Shown: positions 20,056 through 30,689 of the stretch, piece by piece
Position numbering within the stretch: the first letter of the stretch is position 1
Layout: each line of letters starts with the position of its first letter
Assembly (NCBI GenBank): GCA_965198225.1
Contig: CBDAOY010000008.1
Coordinates: 1,234,070-1,298,069, forward strand
DNA from: Terriglobia bacterium
GTDB taxonomy: Bacteria > Acidobacteriota > Terriglobia > 20CM-2-55-15
Direction of reading: 5' to 3'
Length of the DNA: 64,000 nt
Program-made: the position numbers and the translations under genes
Notes under the pieces: model-generated
The model's database searches: none
Seen by the model: only the letters and a program-made list of their open reading frames with translations
What the model was told of the DNA's origin: nothing

Positions 20056-20964
20056 CTAGGGGCCCGGCCGATTGACATAGGTCCCGTAACGTGTCGCCCG
20101 GCCGATGCGATTGAAGTAGTCGTAGGCGATGCGGGAGATCTCCGCCATCAGTTCGGACGCTTCGTTGCCCAGACCAAAATTCTCCATCACGACCACGATG
20201 TAGGGGCGTTCCGGCAGTTCTACGATCGCCCACTCCGTTGAAACCCCGGCGATTCCGCCCGGCTTGAACGCGACAGGAACAGTCGCGGGAAGAACCGCAT
20301 TGATCCCTCCACGCTTGCGCTTGCGAAGAATCGAGAGGATGTCGTCGGAGGGTTCCCGGCCGAGAAACTCTCCCTGGTATAGCATCTCCATGATCCTTGC
20401 GGCTTCGGCGGGGGTGGACGTGTTCTCATCCCCTCGCGCCGACGCAGTCTGGTTGATCATCCGTCGACGCAGACGCGTGCGTTCAAACCCGAGCGACTGC
20501 AATGTCCGGTTGACGTTTTCCATCCCGACCAGATCGACCAGGATGTTCGTCGCGGTGTTGTCGCTGACGAGCACCATCAGAACGCAGAGGTCGCGGATCG
20601 ACAGCTCGGACGTGCCGTCGCCGAGCTCTTTCAGGACACCGCTTCCCCCCACTTGCTGTGCCCGGCCGACTTCGAGCTTGTCTGTGAGTTCGAATCGACC
20701 TTCGCCGGCCTGCTTGTAAACCTCCATCAGGATCGGGATCTTGATCGCGCTGCCCTGCGGAAAGACAAAATCGTCGCGGAAACCGAATCGCTCTCCGCTG
20801 GTCAAATCGAACACGACGACGCCTCCGACTCCCCGAGTGCTGTCGGCAACCTCGACGATCCGATCACGCGTCTTCCGGCTGATGACTTCCCAGTTCTCTT
20901 CTTGAGCCCATAGCGACGGCACTGTGAGCGTTACAAGGACAAACAGCAAGCCTGTCTCTCTCAT
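20056..20964 (-). CDS. Exported class A beta-lactamase-related serine hydrolase
   Basis: Signal peptide; SAIK, SDN, KPG motifs. Confidence 0.85.
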   Translation of the reverse strand: MRETGLLFVLVTLTVPSLWAQEENWEVISRKTRDRIVEVADSTRGVGGVVVFDLTSGERFGFRDDFVFPQGSAIKIPILMEVYKQAGEGRFELTDKLEVGRAQQVGGSGVLKELGDGTSELSIRDLCVLMVLVSDNTATNILVDLVGMENVNRTLQSLGFERTRLRRRMINQTASARGDENTSTPAEAARIMEMLYQGEFLGREPSDDILSILRKRKRGGINAVLPATVPVAFKPGGIAGVSTEWAIVELPERPYIVVVMENFGLGNEASELMAEISRIAYDYFNRIGRATRYGTYVNRPGP

Positions 20965-21274
20965 TGTTTCCTCCGACTCTCCGGGTTGCGCCCATTCCAA
21001 GCCAGCCGAGCCCACAAGTCAATCGCTTTCGTCCTGCACGAGTAACCCCCTCTGGAACAGCGTCTTGACTCTGCAGGTTGTTTCGACGCGGAGCCCCGCG
21101 GATTTTACGGAGTCAGGCCGTCCACCCCCGTTTCGCGCATTCTTCAACTGACTACTGACAACCGACAACTGACTACTTCCCCTTTACATCATTAACAATC
21201 ATTTATAACCACCTTAACAACGGCTAGGAGTCTGCGCGGCAGAAGGACCGGAATTGGGCGGATAAAGATCGAAG

Positions 21275-22579
21275 CACTAGTGTCCGGAACACGGTGCAAC
21301 AGCCGCCGGCAACTTATAGATGGACAGTGAGTTGAAGGGCATTCTACGATTTTTCGATTTGAACCTGCCGATCACACTTTTAGCAATATTACGGTAGCGG
21401 TGAGAGGGGTGATACCAATGGCGCATGAACTCAGGCCAAACCGTCTTCTCACAAGTCATGGATTACGCGCCCCGATACGAGTTTCAGAAGTGTGTCGCCC
21501 GCTATCGGGGCGATTACCAGCAGAAAGGGTTTTCCTGCTGGGATCAGTTCCTGGCGATGGCATTCGCCCAATTGACCTATCGTGAAAGCCTCCGCGACAT
21601 CGAAGCCTGCTTACGCGCCCTCGGCAGAAAGCGTTACCACATGGGATTCCGAAGCAAGGTGGCGCGGACGACACTGGCCGACGCCAACGAGCGGCGCGAC
21701 TGGCGGATCTATGCGGATTTCGCACAGGTCCTGATCGGCATGGCGCGGCCGTTATATGCCGAAGACCCCATCGGCGTCGAGTTGGATCAAGGTCTGTATG
21801 CCCTGGACTCGACCACCATTGACCTGTGTCTTTCACTATTCCCATGGGCCCGGTTTCGCCGGCACAAAGCCGCGGTCAAGATGCATACACTGCTGGATCT
21901 TCACGGCAACATTCCCGCGTTTATCCACGTCACAGACGGGAAAGTCCATGACGTCAACGTTCTCGATGAGATCGCACCCGAAGCGGGTGCCTTCTACGTC
22001 ATGGACCGCGCCTATATCGATTTTGAACGGCTCTTTCTCTTCTCCCTCTGTTCCGCTTTCTTTGTGGTGCGTGCTAAGAAGAACGTCGTCCTGCGGCGGC
22101 GGTACTCCCGTCGGGTGGACACGACCACGGGATTGCGATCCGACCAGACGGTCATCCTCACAACGAACAAATCCGCCAAAACCTCCCGATCCGTTGCGGC
22201 GTATGCTACTTCGATGCCGGGACGAACAAGCGGTTGAAGTTCCTGACCAACAACTTCGCGTTGCCTGCACTCACCATCACTCAGATCTACAAGTCGCGAT
22301 GGCAGGTGGAACTTTTCTTTAAATGGATCAAACAACACCTTCGAATCAAGTCCTTCTACGGCACCAGCGAGAATGCGGTGAAGACCCAGATCTGGATCGC
22401 CATTTCGGTTTATGTTCTCGTCGCCATCATCCGGAAGCGCCTCGGCATCGATAGGAGACAGATTCTCAGCATTGCGATTCTTGAGAAACAGCCCAAGGCC
22501 TTTCACGCGCCTGATTCCCAATTCAATGAATCTCCAAGATCCTAACCAGCTAGGATTCGACGGCTAACCGGACATAGTG
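21275..22579 (+). mobile_element. IS4-family element
   Basis: TIRs CACTAGTGTCCGG / CCGGACATAGTG; 9-bp TSD AGATCGAAG at 21266-21274 and 22580-22588. Confidence 0.9.
21425..22545 (+). pseudogene. IS4-family transposase (DUF4372 + DDE), frameshifted with small deletions
   Basis: FAQLTYRESLRDIE, LDSTTI, VMDRAY; YKSRWQVELFFKWIKQ in a second frame. Confidence 0.88.
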
Positions 22580-22595
22580 AGATCGAAGATATGTC

Positions 22596-23921
22596 ATGGC
22601 ACGAACCTATCGGACTTATAGCCCAGAACAAACACTGCTGATGCCACCGTCGTTGAGAGATTGGTTGGCCGAAGATCACCTGTCGTACTTCATATCGGAC
22701 GCGGTGGACGCGATGGATTTGAGCGCGTTCGAACAGCGGTATGGAACCGAGGGTCCGGGCAATCAGGCGTTTGATCCGCGGATGATGGTGAAGGTGCTGA
22801 TTTATGGGTACGCGACCGGAGTGTTCTCGTCCAGGAAGATCGCGGCGAAGTTGACCGACGACGTAGCGTTCCGGATGTTGGGAGCGGAGAACTTTCCGGC
22901 GCACCGAACGATCTCGGATTTTCGCAAACTGCATCTTGAGGAGTTCGGAAACCTGTTTGTGCAAGTGGTGATGATGGCGCGGGAAGCGGGACTGGTGAAG
23001 ATGGGAACCGTGGCGGTGGACGGGACCAAGATGCGGGCGAATGCAAGCAAACGCAAAGCGATGAGCTACGAACGCATGAAAAAGCAGGAGACCGAATTGG
23101 GTGAACAGATTCGGGATCTGTTGAACCGGGCCGAGGCGACCGATGAGGACGAAGACGAGCGATACGGCAAGGACCGGCGCGGAGACGAACTGCCCGACGG
23201 GTTGGCCACGCGCAAGAAGCGCCTGGCCACGATACAGGCGGCCATGAAGCGGCTCGAAGAACGTCAGATGGCCGCGGACAAGGAAGCGGGACGGAACACC
23301 AAAGATCACAAACCCGGATGCGGAAAGAAGCCATTCAAACGTCCCATGGGGGAACCTAAACCCACGGCCCAGGACAACTTCACCGACCCGGAAAGCCGGA
23401 TGATGAAGACCTCCACCGAAGGGTTCCAGCAATGCTACAACGCGCAAGCGGTGGTGGATTCCCAGGCCCGGATCATCGTGGCAACAACGGTGACTGACAA
23501 TGCATCGGATGTGGGGCAGTTGGAACCCACGCTGGATGCGTTGAGCGACAATCTGGGGGAGCGTCCCGACCGCGTGCTGGCCGATGCGGGATATCGATCC
23601 GAGTCAAATCTGGGGATGTTGGAACAACGTCAGATTGACGGGTATGTTGCGATGGGTCGCGAGAAGGATCTCGCCCGTGCCCCACTCCCACCCAAAGACA
23701 CCGCTGTTGGTCGGATGATGAGAAAGATGAAAACCAAGCGTGGGCGTGACCGCTACCGGGCCCGAAAGCACATTGGTGAGCCGCCCTTCGGGTGGATCAA
23801 GTCGGTGCTCGGATTCCGACAGTTCAGTCTACGCGGTTTGGACAAAGTGACCGGGGAGTGGAATCTGGTCACTCTGGCGGTGAACTTACGACGGATGAAC
23901 GGGAAGATCGAATGGGCATAA
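22596..23921 (+). CDS. IS1182-family transposase
   Basis: GVFSSRKIA, HRTISDFR, AVDGTKMRANAS, NFTDPESR, YNAQ, ADAGY, EPPFGWIK..GFRQF. Confidence 0.93.
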   Translation: MARTYRTYSPEQTLLMPPSLRDWLAEDHLSYFISDAVDAMDLSAFEQRYGTEGPGNQAFDPRMMVKVLIYGYATGVFSSRKIAAKLTDDVAFRMLGAENFPAHRTISDFRKLHLEEFGNLFVQVVMMAREAGLVKMGTVAVDGTKMRANASKRKAMSYERMKKQETELGEQIRDLLNRAEATDEDEDERYGKDRRGDELPDGLATRKKRLATIQAAMKRLEERQMAADKEAGRNTKDHKPGCGKKPFKRPMGEPKPTAQDNFTDPESRMMKTSTEGFQQCYNAQAVVDSQARIIVATTVTDNASDVGQLEPTLDALSDNLGERPDRVLADAGYRSESNLGMLEQRQIDGYVAMGREKDLARAPLPPKDTAVGRMMRKMKTKRGRDRYRARKHIGEPPFGWIKSVLGFRQFSLRGLDKVTGEWNLVTLAVNLRRMNGKIEWA

Positions 23922-24174
23922 TCCGGAAAACCGCAACCCGGCAGACCCGATACACGGCCAATTACGGGTGTCCGTACAACTCTGAACTCGTCGTATCGGA
24001 AGAATCGGTCGATTCTCCTCCGAAGACCCTCTCAAATCCCAATCAGTCCGAGTTCTTTGCGCTCTGCCGCGCAGACTCCTAGGCGATTGATTCGTCTATG
24101 CTTTACGATGTGTGGGACATTTCGCCACACACGGCACGGCATCGCCTGTCGGCGCAACCCAACCGAGGTGAGTA

Positions 24175-26982
24175 GTGATGGAAACACTGTGGCAAGATTT
24201 TCAATACGGCGTCCGAATGCTGGTCAAGAAGCCAGCCTTCACTGTGGTCGCCGTACTCACTCTGGCCCTGGGGATCGGGGCCAACTCCGCGATATTCAGC
24301 GTCGTCAACTCGGTCCTGCTCCGGCCGCTTCCCTATAAGGATCCGGATCAGCTGGTCCGGTTCGTCATGGACCGGCCGCCGATCGCGGGTGAGGGCGGCC
24401 CCCGCCGGATACCCTCCATCACGACCGACGACTTTCAGGAGTACCGTCTGCAGTCGGAAACACTCGAGCAGATCGGCATCTACTCGAGCCATTCGGCGAC
24501 AATGACGAGCCTGGAGGAACCGGTGCGCCTCAGCGGAGGCCGCGTGTCTCCCGCGATGTTCGAGCTCCTGGGCGCCTCGCCGCTCATGGGCCGCGTTTTC
24601 GAGCAGCAGGAGGAGAGTCCGGGCAACGATCGTGTCGTCATTTTAGGCGAGATGGCCTGGGAGCGGTACTTCGGACGAGATCCCGACATCCTGAACCGGA
24701 CCCTGATCCTCGACGACAATACGTATCCGGTGGTCGGGATCATGCCCGCTGATTTCGAGTTTCCCAATCCGGAAACGGAGTACTGGATTCCGGCGTCGGT
24801 TCGACCGGCCGTCCAACGCCAGGTCGGCCGAATCGAAATCTCGGGCTCAACGCTGGCCCGACTGAAACAAGGTGTATCCCTGGAGACCGCGGTGGCCGAG
24901 GCCAACACGATCTTCGCCCGCCTCCATCCCGCCGGTTCGAGCTTCGACGGCACCGATTTCACACGGGCCCCAGAAGGCGGATCCGGAGAGCAGACATCGG
25001 GCCAGGAGCGACGTGGAATGAGGATCGGCCGACCGAGTGAACAGGCCGGCGGCGGGGAACCTGTCCCCGAAGGCCAGGTGCAGCGCCGCGTCGTTCGGGG
25101 CGGCCCTGCAGGTGAACCGGGTGCGGGCGGGAACCGACAAGTCGTCCGCCGCGGCCCCGGTCCCGGCGGTGACGCGGGGGGTGGCCAGCGGGGCGTTCGG
25201 GGTGGCCCGGCCCCCGGCGGTGACGCGGCCGGCGAGCGACAAGTCGTCCGTGGTGGCCCGGGCCGCGGTGCTCCGGGCGGCAGCCCCCTCGCGGGTCAGG
25301 ATCCTCTGGCGAATTCCACGATCGATCTCATTCCGCTCCAGGAAGAGCTGGTCGCACCGGTCCGGCCGGCTCTGATGGTGCTGCTGGTGGCCGTCGGGTT
25401 CGTGCTCCTCATCGCCTGCGCCAACGTCGCGAACCTGCTGCTGACAAGGGCGAGCGGACGAGGGCTCGAAATCGCAATTCGAGCCGCCATGGGGGCGGGT
25501 CGCGTAAGGCTGGTGCGCCAGGTGTTGACCGAAAGCATCACCCTCGCCGTTCTCGGTGGGGGACTCGGATGCCTGCTGGCCTACTGGGGTGTGGGCGCGC
25601 TTAAGGCCCTGGAGCCGGGCACGATTCCCCGCATCGACGAAATCGGTATCGATCCGACCGTGCTGGCGTTCACCCTGTGCGTCTCCGTGTTGACCGGCCT
25701 CCTCTTCGGACTGGCACCTGCATTCCGAATGAGCAACAGCGAGCGGATGGAGAGCCTGAAGGAAGGGGGCACGTATGCGTCATCCGGTTTCGACCTGTTC
25801 CGACGTAACAAGACCCGCAGCCTGCTCGCGATGGCGGAAGTCGCCCTGGCCGTCGTCCTGTTGGTCGGCGGGGGCTTGCTGATAAACAGCTTCACGAACC
25901 TGACCGGTGTCGATCCGGGCTACGACCCGAAAAACGTCCTGACCTTCCAGGTCAACCTGCCGAGGGCGCGCTACGCAGACGTCCCACAACGGCGGACCTT
26001 CTACGATCGGCTCCTCGGAAGCACCGACATGATGAACGGCGTCGTTTCTGCCGGCGCGGTCAACATCCTGCCTCTGACCCAGAACAACATACGTATGGCT
26101 TTCATGCTCCCGGGAGAAGGCGACTACCAGCAGCGCGCCGCGGCGGACGTACGGATCATCAGCCCCGGCTACTTCGACGCGATGGGGATTCCGATCGTCG
26201 AAGGGCGCGGCTTCACAGACCAGGATCGCGATGGGCAGCAGGGAGTGCTCCTGGTCAACCAGACTTTTGCGCGACGCTATTTCCCGGATGAATCCCCTGT
26301 GAACCGCGAGTTTCAACCCGGCCCGACAGGCTCGCAACGGATCGTCGGCATCGTCGGGGACGTCCGCCACCAGGGCCTCGATCGAGACGTCGAGCCGGAA
26401 GTGTATTTCACCTACCAGCAAGCCGCCCAAACTTTCGGAAACCTGCCGATGACGTTCGCGATCCAGACTGCGGGCGACCCGATGGCGCTGGTGCCCGAAA
26501 TACGCCGCAGCGTCCTGGATCTGGACTCCTCGCTGACCGTCGACAACATCCGGACGATGGAGGACCGCCTCTACTCATCGATCGCAGGTCCCCGGTTCTA
26601 CGCGGTCCTACTGGGTGTATTCGCCGCGATCGCGCTGGTCCTGGCGTCGGTGGGCATCTACGGTGTGCTGGCCTATTCGGTGAGCCAGCGCACTCGGGAG
26701 ATCGGAATCCGCATGGCCCTCGGTGCGGAAAAACAGAACGTCCTGAGATTGATTCTCAGCCAGGGCATGGTCTTAACCGCAATCGGCATCGTTGCCGGAC
26801 TCGCCGGGGCGTTTGCCGTCACACGGTACCTGGAGAGCATGCTGTTCGGGCTGACAGCCCTGGATCCGACGACGTTCGTCGGAGTAACGGCACTCCTGAT
26901 AGTGACGGCGGCGACCGCCTGTTACGTGCCGGCCCGTCGCGCCACCAAAGTCGACCCGATTGTGGCTTTACGCTACGAATAA
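24175..26982 (+). CDS. ADOP-family duplicated ABC permease with Gly/Arg-rich insertion
   Basis: [58 protein letters not shown]. Confidence 0.92.
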   Translation: MMETLWQDFQYGVRMLVKKPAFTVVAVLTLALGIGANSAIFSVVNSVLLRPLPYKDPDQLVRFVMDRPPIAGEGGPRRIPSITTDDFQEYRLQSETLEQIGIYSSHSATMTSLEEPVRLSGGRVSPAMFELLGASPLMGRVFEQQEESPGNDRVVILGEMAWERYFGRDPDILNRTLILDDNTYPVVGIMPADFEFPNPETEYWIPASVRPAVQRQVGRIEISGSTLARLKQGVSLETAVAEANTIFARLHPAGSSFDGTDFTRAPEGGSGEQTSGQERRGMRIGRPSEQAGGGEPVPEGQVQRRVVRGGPAGEPGAGGNRQVVRRGPGPGGDAGGGQRGVRGGPAPGGDAAGERQVVRGGPGRGAPGGSPLAGQDPLANSTIDLIPLQEELVAPVRPALMVLLVAVGFVLLIACANVANLLLTRASGRGLEIAIRAAMGAGRVRLVRQVLTESITLAVLGGGLGCLLAYWGVGALKALEPGTIPRIDEIGIDPTVLAFTLCVSVLTGLLFGLAPAFRMSNSERMESLKEGGTYASSGFDLFRRNKTRSLLAMAEVALAVVLLVGGGLLINSFTNLTGVDPGYDPKNVLTFQVNLPRARYADVPQRRTFYDRLLGSTDMMNGVVSAGAVNILPLTQNNIRMAFMLPGEGDYQQRAAADVRIISPGYFDAMGIPIVEGRGFTDQDRDGQQGVLLVNQTFARRYFPDESPVNREFQPGPTGSQRIVGIVGDVRHQGLDRDVEPEVYFTYQQAAQTFGNLPMTFAIQTAGDPMALVPEIRRSVLDLDSSLTVDNIRTMEDRLYSSIAGPRFYAVLLGVFAAIALVLASVGIYGVLAYSVSQRTREIGIRMALGAEKQNVLRLILSQGMVLTAIGIVAGLAGAFAVTRYLESMLFGLTALDPTTFVGVTALLIVTAATACYVPARRATKVDPIVALRYE

Positions 26983-26991
26983 ACTAAAAAG

Positions 26992-27070
26992 GGGGGCAGA
27001 GCCCCCATTTCCCTAATTCGTTGTCACGTTATTTCAGTCTTGAAATGAGGGAAATGGGGGCTCTGCCCCC
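26992..27070. repeat. 23-bp perfect inverted repeat between convergent genes (REP-like or bidirectional terminator)
   Basis: GGGGGCAGAGCCCCCATTTCCCT ... AGGGAAATGGGGGCTCTGCCCCC. Confidence 0.75.
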
Positions 27071-27814
27071 TTATTTCTTCCACTTCTGCGGACGTGGCGG
27101 CAGTAATTCCCGCGGCACGTTCGTCTGGGCACGCGGCTCACCGCGGTGACAGGTCCAGCAGGTCAGTACTTCCCTGCCGTCGAAGAAATCGTCCTGAAGG
27201 CCCGCACGAATCTCGATCATCCTCCGGGCCATCAGCTTCTGGATCTGGTCGTCGCTGGACCAATCCCCCGGAGTATGGCAGTGCGTGCAGCAGACACCGA
27301 GTGAAGCGACGAACGTGTACATCACTTCGCGAAGCTCGTTGGCCGGGATGTCCCCGAGCTGGTGGAGGTTCTCGTAGACCTCGCCGGCCGGGCGTGTCTC
27401 ATCCGAGAACGCTGTTGCCGGCATCGCCCGAACCATCGCCATCATCTCGGGGTCGACCTCGGTCTCCGGCTTCGTCGAACCGCGGTGGCAGGTCCAGCAA
27501 CTCGCGGCCTCGAAACCCTGGAAGTACTCCTCGCCCGCGACCGCAACCATGCGCATCATGTCCCGGGCCGTATGCTTCTCGGGCTTGTCGTCCAAATGCC
27601 AACCCGCCCGGTCGTGGCAGTGTTCGCAACGCACCCCCAGCGTCCGGCTCGTGACCTGCATGATGTAGCGGAGTTCGTCCCCGGGTATGTCGGTGAGGAT
27701 CTGGACGTTCTGAAACGGCTCGGACTGCTCCTGTTGAGCCCTTGCGTGGGGCGCGGCCGGGACGATCGCCAGAATACCGGCAACCAGGATAATAAAGGTG
27801 GTGATGCGAAACAT
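27071..27814 (-). CDS. Exported tetraheme c-type cytochrome (PufC / reaction-centre cytochrome c-like family)
   Basis: Signal peptide; CEHCH, CWTCH, CTHCH, CWTCH in two M..LGV.CxxCH..AR.M..CWTCHRG modules. Confidence 0.85.
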   Translation of the reverse strand: MFRITTFIILVAGILAIVPAAPHARAQQEQSEPFQNVQILTDIPGDELRYIMQVTSRTLGVRCEHCHDRAGWHLDDKPEKHTARDMMRMVAVAGEEYFQGFEAASCWTCHRGSTKPETEVDPEMMAMVRAMPATAFSDETRPAGEVYENLHQLGDIPANELREVMYTFVASLGVCCTHCHTPGDWSSDDQIQKLMARRMIEIRAGLQDDFFDGREVLTCWTCHRGEPRAQTNVPRELLPPRPQKWKK

Positions 27815-27865
27815 CCTGCCTATGTATCACCGGACAGGACTGATTTCAACGACAGGCGCGGATCT

Positions 27866-29425
27866 TTACGAACTGTCTCTCAGCTTGAAACGTTGAATCT
27901 TCCCTGCGGCAGTCTTCGGGAGGTCGTCGACGAATTCGATCCGGCGAGGATACTTGTAGGGTGTCAGCCGCATCTTGACGAGGTCCTGTAGTTCACGGAC
28001 GAGCGGCCCGTCGCCCTCGACGTCGGCCTTGAGCACGACATAGGCCTGCGGCTTGAGGAGCTTGTTGTCGTCCAGCCAGGGAACGACAGCCGACTCTAAA
28101 ACCGTCTCGTGTTCCACCAGACAGTTTTCGATCTCGATCGGCGACACCCACTGGCCCGAAACTTTGAACATGTCGTCCGAACGGCCTGCGTAGAAAAGAA
28201 AGCCGTCCGGATCCCTGTAGTACTTGTCGCCGCTGAAAAACCAGCCATCCTTCCACTTCTCCCTGTTCAACTCTTCCCTGTTCCAGTACGAAGGCGCGGT
28301 GCTGGGTCCCAGCACCCATAGATCCCCGACGGCACCGGCCTCCACCTCGTTACCGGATTCGTCGGAGATACGCACGTCATATCCGGCTATCGGCTGGCCC
28401 GTACTGCCCGGTTTGACGTTGCCCGGTCGCGACGAAGCATACATGTGCAGAACCTCGGTCGACCCGATGGCGTCGAGGATCTCCAGCCCGAACCGTTCCT
28501 TCCAGCGGTTGAAGATGGCCGGCGGCAGCGGTTCCGCCGCCGAGACGCAATGGCGGACACTGGACAGGTCGTAGGGGTTCTGTGCGTCAGTGGAGGCCAG
28601 CATCGCGGCATAGAGCGTCGGAACGGAATAGAAAAGGGTAGGCCGCCGGTCGTGCGCCGTCTTCAGGATGACGTCGGGCGCCGGCCGCCCCGGGTAGAGG
28701 AGCGTGGTCGCTCCGACATGGAGTGGGAACATCAACGCGTTGCCCAGTCCGTAGGCGTGAAAGAGCTTGGATGAGGAAAAGGTGATGTCGCCGGGTCCGA
28801 TGTCGAGGATCCCCCGCGCGAAACACTCCGCACAGTAGTTCCAGTCCCGATGACGATGCAGGGCCCCTTTCGGGAGTCCCGTACTGCCGGATGTCCACAG
28901 CCAGAAGGCGATGTCGTCCCTCGCGGTGTCGGCGGGGGTCAGTTCGGTGGACTGTTCGCCGATCCATTGTCCCCAGTTCAGATGCCCGCCTTCGATGTCG
29001 CCCCGGACGATGACATGTTCCAGGCTTTTGCGTTCGCCCAGCACCGGCTGGACCTCGGTCCAGAGAGCGGCATCGACGATCAGGGCTCGGGCCTCGCTCT
29101 CGTCGAGGAAATAAGCGTAGTCCGGCCCCCTCAACGCCGTGTTGGTGAGAACCGCAACCGCCCCACTCTTGACTGTTCCCAGGTATGCCGCGCCGAACTC
29201 CGCACAGTCGGGCAGAAGGATCAAGACCCGATCGCCCGATAGGATCCCCAGTTGACCGAGACCGTTGCCGACGCGGTTGACCATCTCGTGGAACTGGAGG
29301 TACGTGATCTTCCGGCCCTCGGAAACGATCGCAACCTTGTCGCGGCGGCCCTCCGCGATGTGGCGGTCGACAAAATGGGTCGCCATGTTGTAGCGGTCCG
29401 GGATCTCGATGGCTGGCGTACTCAT
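27866..29425 (-). CDS. Benzoate-CoA ligase family protein
   Basis: TSGSTGLPKG, KLFHAYGLGN, SAAEPLP, IGSTE, GRSDDMFKVSGQWVSP, PKTAAGKIQR. Confidence 0.88.
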   Translation of the reverse strand: MSTPAIEIPDRYNMATHFVDRHIAEGRRDKVAIVSEGRKITYLQFHEMVNRVGNGLGQLGILSGDRVLILLPDCAEFGAAYLGTVKSGAVAVLTNTALRGPDYAYFLDESEARALIVDAALWTEVQPVLGERKSLEHVIVRGDIEGGHLNWGQWIGEQSTELTPADTARDDIAFWLWTSGSTGLPKGALHRHRDWNYCAECFARGILDIGPGDITFSSSKLFHAYGLGNALMFPLHVGATTLLYPGRPAPDVILKTAHDRRPTLFYSVPTLYAAMLASTDAQNPYDLSSVRHCVSAAEPLPPAIFNRWKERFGLEILDAIGSTEVLHMYASSRPGNVKPGSTGQPIAGYDVRISDESGNEVEAGAVGDLWVLGPSTAPSYWNREELNREKWKDGWFFSGDKYYRDPDGFLFYAGRSDDMFKVSGQWVSPIEIENCLVEHETVLESAVVPWLDDNKLLKPQAYVVLKADVEGDGPLVRELQDLVKMRLTPYKYPRRIEFVDDLPKTAAGKIQRFKLRDSS

Positions 29426-29533
29426 GGTCGAAAGATGCGGGCTCGAGGGGACAGTCTAGTCGAACGTCGCAACAGGGTCCAGGGCGGCGCAGAGGCATCG
29501 CTGTGTGGTTCAATACATGCTACCGGAGACGAC

Positions 29534-30112
29534 ATGTCGGACAGACCATGGATTAGAGTCATCGATGAAGACTCGCCCGAGCTGACGCCCAAGCTGCGGG
29601 AGATGTACAACGAAATGGCGGACCCGCGCGGGCCGGTCGACAATATCCTCAAGATCCACAGTCTCCACCCGGAGTCCCTCCGGATCCACTGGTGCTTCTA
29701 CCGCATGGTCATGTACGGCCCGTCAAAGCTTTCGCGCGTGCGGCGGGAGATGCTCGCCGTGGCGATCTCGGCGGCCAACGATTGCCACTACTGAATTCTC
29801 CATCACGCAGCGGGACTGCGTCGGCTGACCAAGGATGCCCCCTGGGTGGATGAGTTGGTGGAGGACTACCGGAAGGTTGACCTGGAGCCATCGGACCGCG
29901 CCATGCTCGATTACGCGATCAAACTGACGCTGGAACCGGCTAGGATGGTCGAGCAAGACGTCACCCGCCTGCGGGAGGCCGGCTTCGAAGACCGGACCAT
30001 CCTCGACATCAACCTGATCACCGGGTACTACGCCTTCGTCAACCGCCTCGCCGACGGCCTGGGCGTCGGGTTGGAAGACTTCTGGCTGGCACAGGAGCCC
30101 CGCAGAGAGTAG
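29534..30112 (+). CDS. AhpD/CMD-like peroxidase-related protein with in-frame TGA (probable selenocysteine, CHYU)
   Basis: ..SAANDCHY-TGA(29792-29794)-ILHHAAGLRRL.. reads in frame into ORF 29846..30112 (YAIKLT, FVNRLADGLG). Confidence 0.85.
29805..29821 (+). promoter_or_regulatory. Candidate bacterial SECIS hairpin
   Basis: ACGCAG-CGGGA-CTGCGT stem-loop after a 10-nt spacer downstream of the TGA. Confidence 0.65.
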
Positions 30113-30213
30113 GAATAGACGCCTCAGCAGCTACTTTATCAACAACATTTTAAACCACTTAAAATGGGGGACACGGGAGTCTGTCCCCTATTTCAGGAGT
30201 GACGCTTATTGGG

Positions 30214-30276
30214 TGCTAAAAAAATAGCATTTTTTGTTTGACCGGTCGCCAAGAGTGATGCTAGTTTTTTAGCATC
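30214..30276 (+). promoter_or_regulatory. Two TGCTA-N6-TAGCA palindromic operators around a sigma70-like promoter
   Basis: 30214-30229 and 30259-30274; TTGACC at 30238 and TG-c-TAGTTT extended -10. Confidence 0.7.
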
Positions 30277-30299
30277 GCTTCAGGAAGGAGCTTTAATCG

Positions 30300-30689
30300 A
30301 TGGTGAAATCCGTTCATTCCAACCTGAGCCGGCGCGAACGTCAGATTATGGATGTTCTGTTCAAAAGGGGACAGGCGACCGCGGCGGACATCATGGAAAA
30401 CATCCCGGAGCCGCCTAGCTATTCGGCCGTGCGCGCGATGCTGCGTGTCCTGGAAGACAAGGGTCACGTCCGCCACGAGCAGGATGGCCCCCGCTACGTA
30501 TTCATCCCGACCGTCACGCGGGACAAGGCGAAACGGTCGGCGATGCAACACATGCTGGACACGTTTTTCGAAGGCTCGACAGCACAGGCTGTCGCAACGC
30601 TGTTGGACGAATCCGGCTCCAAGCTGTCCGACGACGAACTGGAACGGCTGTCCGGTCTCATCGACAAGGCCCGGAAGGAGGGCGCATGA
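30300..30689 (+). CDS. BlaI/MecI/CopY family transcriptional regulator
   Basis: LSRRERQIMDVL, SYSAVRAMLRVLEDKG, TFFEGS. Confidence 0.93.
   Translation: MVKSVHSNLSRRERQIMDVLFKRGQATAADIMENIPEPPSYSAVRAMLRVLEDKGHVRHEQDGPRYVFIPTVTRDKAKRSAMQHMLDTFFEGSTAQAVATLLDESGSKLSDDELERLSGLIDKARKEGA

Larger units (their letters stand above)
21228..24078 (+). mobile_element. IS1182-family element with a nested IS4
   Basis: Perfect 16-bp TIRs GAGTCTGCGCGGCAGA / TCTGCCGCGCAGACTC, with CTAG at 21224-21227 and 24079-24082. Confidence 0.9.

Noticed and set aside
27071-27814. Evidence for phototrophy
   Set aside because: No reaction-centre or bacteriochlorophyll genes in the window
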